From IMG/VR virus record IMGVR_UViG_2585427591_000001, positions 22,653 through 86,652 of that record: a stretch of DNA of 64,000 bases, one strand, 5' to 3'. The stretch is from a virus. Lineage: Duplodnaviria; Caudoviricetes. Below, piece after piece: positions 46,795 to 54,245 of this stretch (position 1 is its first letter; each line of letters begins with the position of its first letter). The notes beneath the pieces are model-generated. The model saw nothing but the letters and a program-made list of their open reading frames with translations. It did no database searches and was not told where the DNA came from. Both the position numbers and the translations under genes were made by a program.

Positions 46795-49692
46795 ATGGCT
46801 ATTGAATCATTACTTGCTGAAGCCGAATCAGTGGCAGACATCATCAGTATACTAACTGCTGGCTCACAAATTACTCAGTCCGGCCGGGTAGCATACATCA
46901 GCACACCACGCGGATTAGAAGTAAAAACCGCTTTCCAGGTGGTGGAAGCCAATTCCTTAATCATTTCTAACATGCTTAACGGGACAGTAAATCCTAATTT
47001 CCCCGCTGAGCTCCAACCCCGTGACCGTACCAGAAAAAGCAGTCAGTTACAGGTCCAGAAGATCTCAACCAATCTTAACCCGCAACGCCTGGCCGATTCC
47101 GGCCTTTCAAGTCACGGCTCGCCTATTATCGGCCATGACAACGTTGTCGAGTCTGGGAATGGACGCACGATGGGTATTTTCAAAGCCTATGCAGAAGGTA
47201 ATGCAGAGACATACCGGCAGTACCTGATCGATAACGCTGAACTTTACGGGCTGAAGAACACAGACATCACTGCAATGCAGCAACCGGTCCTTGTGCGGAA
47301 AAGGATCGATGATATTGATCGCGTCAAATTTGCCAAAGACAGCAATCTTTCTGATTTACAGGATATGGCCGCGAGCGAAAAGGCTTTCGCAGATGCAGAA
47401 AGCATTACGCCGGAGATGCTGGCGCTGTTTGCACCCGCAGATAACGGCAATTTGCTGGCAAAGAGCAACGATCCGTTCATCCGGGCGTTTCTTGCTTCTC
47501 TCGGCGATACGGCCACAGCGGGTTTACTCACTGCCGATGGACGGCCAACTAAGCAACTGGTAGACCGCCTGCAAAACGCCATATTCGCAAAAGCGTATAA
47601 AAACGAACTATTGGTCAACCTGGTGGCTGAAGAGCCTGATCCTGAGATCCGCAATATTCTCACTGCACTGAACGTCGCGGCACCGGATTTTATTCAGATG
47701 CAATACCTCTCAGGGGAGACGCACCGGCAGACCGTAACTGAGCTCTGCGAATCTATTGAGGCTGTCGAAGGTTTGGAGAAAAAAGCGCTACAAGCGCTCG
47801 TAGACGCCACCAGCGTTGTGCGCGCCGCCAAAGATAGCGGCCAGTCAATTGATGAGTTTGTGCTGCAAATGGGGCTGTTTGAGGACGTTTCAGACGAGGT
47901 CAGGCAGCTAGCGCTTTTCATCGCTAAAAATAACCGATCATCGAAACGAATGGGGGCCGCGTTCAAAGCACTGGCCGTCGTGATAAACGAGCAACTTCAA
48001 AGGTCCGGTGCCGCGGTTAACGATATGTTCGGCGCTGAGCCACTTACTCTGGCCGATGTGCTGGCGGCCGTAGACAAACAGCTCGAAGATGAATACGGCG
48101 AAGGGGCCGGTATACAAAATGCCTTGTTTGAGTCTGCTGCAAAAAAGCCTAGCCCCTTGGTTGTTGCTATTGAGCAATGCGATAACGTCACTGACATTAT
48201 CACGCTGCTTAACTACGCCACCCAGGGGGTAGATTTTTACAATAACAGCGGACCCCTCGGCGCAGTGCTGGCGCGTGCGGCACTGAAACTTCGTGAAGAC
48301 GGTAGCTCGCAAGCCCTCACTCGCTATCGCGCGCTGGTAAAGGGGTTGCTTGGCAAATCTAAGAGTCAGACCTACCACGGCAATTACGACAGAATGGGCA
48401 TTGCTCAACAATTCCTGAAAACGCTTAATGAAGGCGCTGAACCAGGCATGTTCTTTTCAAAAAATGTGATTGATACAGGGATGCTGGATGGTTCGATTTT
48501 CCGGTTGAAAGGATTACTCGAAATCAAAAATGGCGATAATCCATCCCTGGCAGTGAAGGCCCATAGTGAAATCATGGCGATCATAAACAGTTTCCTGAAT
48601 AAGTCTGGGAACTTAAAAGGTCTCACAAAGACTCAAGAAGCCCTGTTAGTTCCCGCCTCTGCCGGGGCTATACGCACCAAAATGGACATTATGACGGCAA
48701 TTACCTCCCCCGTAAAAGCACCGATAGCCCCGATTATTGATGATCCCCACCAGGCAATGCTCGATGACGTGAATTTTGGTGTGAAGATTTTGGGCGGGGA
48801 GCGCATAAAAATGCGCCGCAGCCAGGCAAAGGAAACGCTCAGGGCGCTGGCAGAAGATAACAACATTGGGCAGATAATAAACGACAACTACCTGATGACC
48901 CGGTTTGAAAAGGAAAAGTTATTTGAGTGTTTTGAAAAATCAATCGTGGGTTACGGACCCGTTTACGCCGGTTCCGAGGAGAACGGTTTTGCCAGACATA
49001 TTAAAAAATTCACACCTCAGCAGCGTGGCTATTTGGCACAACAAATTGCCAGTGCCTGCGCCGGACTCAATGAGATTGTTGTTCAAGCACGCGAAAACCT
49101 CATAGCCACTTCTGACATCGATGAAAAGCAAGCGAATGACTGGGCGTCAAGCATTCAGATATCCAGCACGATCGCGAAAGCACTGGGGCGTGAGCATATA
49201 CGCGAACAATTGCGGATGATTTATAAGGTTTGCCGTGGCCGCATAACGACGCTGGCAAAGATTGGGGTATCGAGAACCGGGCGCGCCTACGCGATTCGAA
49301 GAGACAACGGGATCTTTCTAGGGCTGCGAAGCAATGATGCGACGCTATGGCATGAGGCTGGCCATCACTTTGAATATTCCAACCCAGACTTACTTGTTAA
49401 AGCTAAAGCATTTCTGAAGATGAAGGCCGGGGCAGAACCTGGGATCGGAAAACTCGCCGATATAACCGGGGATGGCTTCGGACCGAAGGAAATCGCCATC
49501 CTCGATAATCTAAGTTCACCTTACGCTGGGCGGATCTATTCCACAGACGGCACGCTTGAACGGATTAGTTCAACTGAAGTCATCTCAACGGCCTTCGAGT
49601 ATCTCTGCAATCCCGCAGGCGGGGCGCAATCACTGATGAACGACGATTTAATACTGGATTTTGTTATCGGAGCTATTAAGGGAAGCGCATGA
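46795..49692 (+). CDS. ddrB: DdrB (ParB-like N-domain, C-terminal HExxH zincin-like domain)
   Basis: ELQPRDRTR...GSPIIG.DNVVESGNGRTM; LWHEAGHHFE; TEVIST. Confidence 0.85.
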   Translation: MAIESLLAEAESVADIISILTAGSQITQSGRVAYISTPRGLEVKTAFQVVEANSLIISNMLNGTVNPNFPAELQPRDRTRKSSQLQVQKISTNLNPQRLADSGLSSHGSPIIGHDNVVESGNGRTMGIFKAYAEGNAETYRQYLIDNAELYGLKNTDITAMQQPVLVRKRIDDIDRVKFAKDSNLSDLQDMAASEKAFADAESITPEMLALFAPADNGNLLAKSNDPFIRAFLASLGDTATAGLLTADGRPTKQLVDRLQNAIFAKAYKNELLVNLVAEEPDPEIRNILTALNVAAPDFIQMQYLSGETHRQTVTELCESIEAVEGLEKKALQALVDATSVVRAAKDSGQSIDEFVLQMGLFEDVSDEVRQLALFIAKNNRSSKRMGAAFKALAVVINEQLQRSGAAVNDMFGAEPLTLADVLAAVDKQLEDEYGEGAGIQNALFESAAKKPSPLVVAIEQCDNVTDIITLLNYATQGVDFYNNSGPLGAVLARAALKLREDGSSQALTRYRALVKGLLGKSKSQTYHGNYDRMGIAQQFLKTLNEGAEPGMFFSKNVIDTGMLDGSIFRLKGLLEIKNGDNPSLAVKAHSEIMAIINSFLNKSGNLKGLTKTQEALLVPASAGAIRTKMDIMTAITSPVKAPIAPIIDDPHQAMLDDVNFGVKILGGERIKMRRSQAKETLRALAEDNNIGQIINDNYLMTRFEKEKLFECFEKSIVGYGPVYAGSEENGFARHIKKFTPQQRGYLAQQIASACAGLNEIVVQARENLIATSDIDEKQANDWASSIQISSTIAKALGREHIREQLRMIYKVCRGRITTLAKIGVSRTGRAYAIRRDNGIFLGLRSNDATLWHEAGHHFEYSNPDLLVKAKAFLKMKAGAEPGIGKLADITGDGFGPKEIAILDNLSSPYAGRIYSTDGTLERISSTEVISTAFEYLCNPAGGAQSLMNDDLILDFVIGAIKGSA

Positions 49693-50000
49693 TCAAGGTA
49701 AAAATGAAAATGATGGGCCTCAACGGCTCTATTGAGTTCGGAAACGATGATCCGTTTGAAGTCTGCTCATACAAAGTGGTTTCGCGCGCTGGCGGTAATG
49801 CGCAGCTGATAACAGCGATCAAGTCGTCAGTGGCCTTATCCGGCAGTGGGCAGTTCAACGCAGACGATGAAGCGGAATGCCAGCCAGCTGCATTGCTGAG
49901 AGCCGTGGAAGCCGCTGGCGGCAAAGTAGAATGGCCGGAAGCCTGGCTGAAGCAGTTAAAAGAGTTTGAAGGTGGTCTGGAAGACGACGTTTGTTTTTAA
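49689..50000 (+). CDS. hxr: Hxr-like protein
   Basis: 103 aa ATGA-coupled behind ddrB, as in P1. Confidence 0.5.
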   Translation: MIKVKMKMMGLNGSIEFGNDDPFEVCSYKVVSRAGGNAQLITAIKSSVALSGSGQFNADDEAECQPAALLRAVEAAGGKVEWPEAWLKQLKEFEGGLEDDVCF

Positions 50001-50062
50001 GATGAGAGCAAATGTGGAAGGATTTCATGTAAGCCGGGGTTAACCGGCTCACATGTACATGA

Positions 50063-50368
50063 TTAATCTTCAAGTTTTCGGTTAAGCACGCCGTCTTTTT
50101 CCAACTTTTCGGCGACGGCATCGAGAATGTACTTACTGAAGTCCATCCGGGTGAGGTTTTTATCGAGCAACCGCTGGTGCGCTTCGAAAAACTCAACCGG
50201 GACGGAACCGAGATGCTTACGCTTAGTGCGTTGCGTTTTCTTCGGTTCAGTCTCTTCTGGGACTGGCGGACTGACCTGCGAACTGGCACTGCTTTCATGA
50301 AGCGGCGCGGTCGAGCCTACTTTAGATAGCATGCTCCAGTCTTTCGAAAAACTCGGTTTTTTAGCCAT
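50063..50368 (-). CDS. Small centromere-binding partner of ParA (ParG-like, RHH suspected)
   Basis: Disordered N-terminus plus MDFSKYILDAVAEKL helix; coupled to parA. Confidence 0.65.
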   Translation of the reverse strand: MAKKPSFSKDWSMLSKVGSTAPLHESSASSQVSPPVPEETEPKKTQRTKRKHLGSVPVEFFEAHQRLLDKNLTRMDFSKYILDAVAEKLEKDGVLNRKLED

Positions 50369-51018
50369 TATTCCTCCTGACCATTTTCAATTATTTGACG
50401 CATTTCTTCGCATAACGCCTTCATCTCTTTCCCTGCGCTTGTGCTGGCAGAATGAATCAGCTCAGTCACACCCAAGCCCCTTTTCTGATTGACGGTGAAG
50501 TCAGATCTGGTGGGTATGCGACTCTTAAGTAATTTCAGATGCGACGCGTGTTCCATGATGTTTTCCATCTCTACAAAGTGCTTCTGGTTTGGATTCACTT
50601 TGCTTAGAAAAACATGGCCGGTAATGTGACGGCCGGTTTCTTGACTCACCTCGATCAAAATATCTTCGAACTGGCGTAACCCAATTAGCTCAGTAGGGTT
50701 TTCGTTGCTTGGGATAATGACTAAATCAGAACTGGCAATGGCAATACGGTTGAGGTTTGAGTCAAAGCCGCCGCAGTCGATGATCGTTAACCAGCCGTTC
50801 TTTTCACCTTGTTGGAGTAGTTCCAGCAATTCCTCGGCCGTCTCCGGGGTGCGAATTGGTAGCTTTTTATTGTCATCACGGAAGTTGTTTAAAATTGATA
50901 ACCCGCCGCTTACATCTTTATCAATAACCTGCTGGGGTTTCATTTCACCGGCAATGTTCAGGGAAGATGTTGTTTTCCCTATCCCGCCTTTGCTACCTGC
51001 CACTGCAATTATTGTCAT
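50368..51018 (-). CDS. parA: Type Ib ParA partition ATPase
   Basis: AGSKGGIGKTT deviant Walker A, IIDCGG; 216 aa without N-terminal HTH. Confidence 0.9.
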   Translation of the reverse strand: MTIIAVAGSKGGIGKTTSSLNIAGEMKPQQVIDKDVSGGLSILNNFRDDNKKLPIRTPETAEELLELLQQGEKNGWLTIIDCGGFDSNLNRIAIASSDLVIIPSNENPTELIGLRQFEDILIEVSQETGRHITGHVFLSKVNPNQKHFVEMENIMEHASHLKLLKSRIPTRSDFTVNQKRGLGVTELIHSASTSAGKEMKALCEEMRQIIENGQEE

Positions 51019-51070
51019 GTCAAAACTCCGATTTTGGGCATGAATTACGTTAACTTTCTTTAGAATATAC

Positions 51071-51160
51071 TACATGCATACATTGTACATTCAAAGCATG
51101 CATTTTAGATGCTGATTTTATGCATAATGAGTGCAAGTAATGTGCATATTATGTGTATTG
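51071..51160. repeat. 11-bp-periodic array upstream of parA (candidate centromere/operator)
   Basis: RTGCAT-like cores at 51098, 51109, 51120, 51131, 51142, 51153. Confidence 0.75.
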
Positions 51161-51252
51161 TAAGAGCGATATATAATTTTTTTTATATGAGGGACTCTTG
51201 CGGAGGAGTTTGGGTATTGTCCGTGTCGTTGATAACAAAGGAGTTGTTAGAC

Positions 51253-51756
51253 ATGGAAAATAGCAAAAACGTACAAGCCGTTTTGGACACGATCAGTGTG
51301 ACAGAAGGGACCGCAACCCACTCACTAACAAAATGCAATGGTTATGACGTCATCGTAACGGGTATAGACCTGCAGCCTGAAGTGTTTACGGACTTCAGCA
51401 CGCACCCGTTTGCAAAGGGGCGCAAAGCGAAGGTATTCAATAAAGCAGGGGACCGGTCTACGGCATCCGGGCGATATCAGTTTCTTTTGAAATATTGGGA
51501 TGATTACCGGAAATTGCTGAATCTAACTGATTTCAGTCCGGTATCCCAGAACAGGTGGGCTATACAGCTCATCAAAGAGCAGGGCGCATACAAAGATATT
51601 ACCGAAGGACGAATATACACTGCTATACCAAAAATTTGTGACATCTGGGCTTCGCTGCCTGGTGCCGGCTACGGCCAACATGAGTTCACGATGGAAAAAG
51701 TGGTTCGAATATACGAAGAAAAGGGGGGCGCTGTAACGGACCGGCCAGCCACCTGA
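51253..51756 (+). CDS. Endolysin, lambda R-type muraminidase
   Basis: ISVTEGT...NGYDVIV...STASGRYQFL...DFSP.SQ...WASLPGAGYGQ; start at ATG 51253 (AAGGAG RBS). Confidence 0.9.
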   Translation: MENSKNVQAVLDTISVTEGTATHSLTKCNGYDVIVTGIDLQPEVFTDFSTHPFAKGRKAKVFNKAGDRSTASGRYQFLLKYWDDYRKLLNLTDFSPVSQNRWAIQLIKEQGAYKDITEGRIYTAIPKICDIWASLPGAGYGQHEFTMEKVVRIYEEKGGAVTDRPAT

Positions 51757-51833
51757 TCATTCATCGTTCCGTTTTGCCTGGTCCGCCCTGCGTTGCAGTG
51801 ACCGGCTGAGCAAAACGGAAACGTAGGTAAATA

Positions 51834-52835
51834 TCATTCCCGCTGCAAATCCGGCGATAAACACGGTTCTGACGTTACTGAAATCGGGCATTGAGCGCCT
51901 CTTAGCTTGAATTGTTTGCGAAGTTTAGCTACGAAGTTTAACGGATTGAAGCCGTTCTCACACGCTTGTTTAAAATTCCGCTGGGCTTCTTCCATCGCCG
52001 CGTCCGCTTTCCGTCCCTCATCTGCAAAGCGGGTGGCATTAAAACCAGTCTGCTGGCGCTGCTGAGGGCTTTTCACTGCGAGGTAAAGCCTGCGCCTCAC
52101 TTCGCTTTCGATCTTGCGCTGATGCTCCCCACGTTGCGCATATTTGGCATTCTGCCGTTCCGCCAGGTCTTGCGCTCGGGTCAGCTGGCGTTCAGCCCTT
52201 GCCTGCGAGAGTGTTTTAATCGAACCTGACTTCCTTCCGCTGCGTGCATTGGAATATCTTTTAAGCTTCTTAACTTCACAAACCTTCTTAACTTGGGGAT
52301 CAAATTGATCCGGGGGGGCCGGTAATTTTTGATCGGGGGGGACAGGAGCCAGCACGCTGGATTTACACGTTTTTATTGTGCTGGTGATGCGTAACCCTGG
52401 CCGGAAATTACATGACGTCAGGAACAGGGCAAACTCGCAGAAAATGACCTGTATTTGCGCCAGCTTGTCACGGGCTCGCGTTGCGAGCACCGCCCAGGCT
52501 CGCTGAGCCATTTGGATAAATTCTGGTGTGAACTGATATTCGGTCGGGCATTGCCCGCGTTCTTCGTCAAAAACTGCATGACGTCGCAGGATGCCAGCTG
52601 CAACGGCAAGATCAATATTGCGACGGACGGTAGCGATGGTAGCGCCAGTTTCAAGCGCCATGCGCCGTTTAGATTTGAATATTTTGTATTCCGATGAGCT
52701 TGCGGCCACGTTACATATACATGCAAGAATGTTTTTACATGAACGTGAAATAATAGATTTTGGTAATGATTCAATAACTGTTTTCAAACCATAGCCGGAT
52801 AGTGCGTTATTAGACTTGCAAAATACTGAATCCAT
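51834..52835 (-). CDS. repL: Lytic replication initiator RepL
   Basis: SGYGL...ICNVAASSSEY.I.K....A.ETG..ATV.R...AV.AGIL...YQFTP matches remembered P1 RepL. Confidence 0.85.
   Translation of the reverse strand: MDSVFCKSNNALSGYGLKTVIESLPKSIISRSCKNILACICNVAASSSEYKIFKSKRRMALETGATIATVRRNIDLAVAAGILRRHAVFDEERGQCPTEYQFTPEFIQMAQRAWAVLATRARDKLAQIQVIFCEFALFLTSCNFRPGLRITSTIKTCKSSVLAPVPPDQKLPAPPDQFDPQVKKVCEVKKLKRYSNARSGRKSGSIKTLSQARAERQLTRAQDLAERQNAKYAQRGEHQRKIESEVRRRLYLAVKSPQQRQQTGFNATRFADEGRKADAAMEEAQRNFKQACENGFNPLNFVAKLRKQFKLRGAQCPISVTSEPCLSPDLQRE
52266..52341. other. Candidate lytic origin (oriL) inside repL
   Basis: CTTCTTAACTT twice (52266, 52284) and TTGATC(C)GGGGGGG twice; three GATC sites. Confidence 0.55.
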
Positions 52836-52850
52836 TTTTATAATCTCTCC

Positions 52851-52978
52851 GTTGTGGAGTTTTTTAGCTTTAAAGGATGTAAAAAAGCCTCAAGGCTTTT
52901 TGAGTTCAAATAAGTGTCTTTGGCGAGCACTTTGAAAATTGCTGTATATGAGAGGGAAGGTGCCAGCCTTCCCTTTTT
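52851..52978 (+). ncRNA. Antisense RNA to the repL leader
   Basis: Promoter TTGCAA-17-TATAAT (52816-52844) across the repL ATG; two hairpins (one with a TTGGCG loop); terminator AGGGAAGG-TGCCAG-CCTTCCCTTTTT. Confidence 0.7.
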
Positions 52979-53098
52979 CTATTTGTAATTCAGTAGGCAT
53001 CTCTCCAGAAAAATTCCGCTATCGAACGCATCCATTAATCCAATCAATGAATAATCTTTAAATAGTCAGTTAAGTAATATGTGACTGTATTTTAAGGG

Positions 53099-53157
53099 AT
53101 CCTACATTAGATCAATTGATCTGATCAACTATCATGAACCCTCTTAGGAAATGGCGA
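53099..53157 (-). promoter_or_regulatory. repL promoter with GATC cluster and adjacent putative C1 operator
   Basis: Minus-strand TTGATC-18-TAGGAT with four GATCs; TCGCCATTTCCTAAG at 53143-53157. Confidence 0.55.
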
Positions 53158-53169
53158 AGTAGATAAGCG

Positions 53170-53192
53170 AAAGGCGCAATAAATGCGCCTTT
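53170..53192 (-). terminator. Terminator after pro
   Basis: AAAGGCGCA-ATAAA-TGCGCCTTT. Confidence 0.6.
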
Positions 53193-53215
53193 AATAGATT
53201 CTGTGAATATAACTA

Positions 53216-54244
53216 TTATTTGAATTTTGGAGTTGGTGTATCACTGAAATCAATTGATTGAGTTTTCTTCGCCGGCTTAGCATTACTTATATTCATGCTA
53301 ATGCGTTCGTGCGTGTTGCCTTTAAGCGGTAATGTTTTCAAGCCACCTTTCATTGCGCTTTCAAATAATAATTCAAATATCTTCGCATCCTGTTCTGTAC
53401 TCATATTTACCAGCGCTTCAACCTGTTCCTCTGAAATAAAAACAGGTAGTTTTTTTGCCGTTTCCAAAAGCATTTCACGGCGGTTTGCTATTAGTTTTTC
53501 TGCTTCTTCATTTTTGCTCTGTAAAAGGTTCCTGGTTTCCTGTAGCTCCAGAATTTCCTTATTGCGGCCGTACAAAATCCCTTCGAGTAAAAGCATGTCC
53601 TCTTCCAGATTCATGAGGATTATGGATTCATGTTCGTTTTGCTCGAAATTATTTTTGATAGCGAGTGAATTTTCAGACGAAAAACCCTGTGATTTTAATG
53701 ATTCGAGGATCATTTCTTCCTGTTGTTCACGTGTTGATCCCGATTCCAGCAAAAAGGACGGGTGATCCATTGAGATGTAATTAGGATTTTTGACGTAATC
53801 CATACCCATATAAACGCGCATAATCGCTTTTTTCCCGTCGGGGCCACCCGATGCCCAGCTCCAGCCGCCTGCGCGCGACTCCAGAAGGCCATTTACGATC
53901 CTGCCAGAATCTGTAGAAAGAATTTCCTCTGTATGACTAACGATACCGTTACCATCAACAGATATGGCCAGCGTGCGGTTAGACGGAATGTTATCGACAA
54001 CGACGGGCTTTCCGTTGACGTTAATTACCATAGTCTCCGGGATCTCCAGCTTGCCTGCCATCTGCCGGCGGCCGTGACCATAGTAGCCATACGCTTCACC
54101 GAGGCTGATCAGTTCCTGCGTGGCCGGGCTTTCAAGCGTATTTTTAACGGCGGAGAGGGCGTAATCCCGGTTGTTGCCGCTGAATTTGCGCGGGTTGTTG
54201 AACAGGCTAAAACGGTCGGTTACGGTTTTCAGTGAAGTAGTCAT
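53216..54244 (-). CDS. pro: Prohead protease
   Basis: GEAYGYYGH.RR...AGGWSWA.GG.D...MDYV.NPNY. Confidence 0.82.
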   Translation of the reverse strand: MTTSLKTVTDRFSLFNNPRKFSGNNRDYALSAVKNTLESPATQELISLGEAYGYYGHGRRQMAGKLEIPETMVINVNGKPVVVDNIPSNRTLAISVDGNGIVSHTEEILSTDSGRIVNGLLESRAGGWSWASGGPDGKKAIMRVYMGMDYVKNPNYISMDHPSFLLESGSTREQQEEMILESLKSQGFSSENSLAIKNNFEQNEHESIILMNLEEDMLLLEGILYGRNKEILELQETRNLLQSKNEEAEKLIANRREMLLETAKKLPVFISEEQVEALVNMSTEQDAKIFELLFESAMKGGLKTLPLKGNTHERISMNISNAKPAKKTQSIDFSDTPTPKFK

Positions 54245-54245
54245 G

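Noticed and set aside
51059-51072. Partial C1-operator match upstream of parA
   Set aside because: Requires a deletion and mismatches, and overlaps a likely promoter/array region.
51121-51160. dif-like appearance (TGCATAAT...TATTATGT)
   Set aside because: Arm spacing does not fit the 11-6-11 XerC/D site, and it is better explained by the phased array.
51109-51252. Hydrophobic N-terminal extension of the endolysin (SAR-like)
   Set aside because: It is translated from the AT-rich array. A strong AAGGAG RBS supports ATG 51253.
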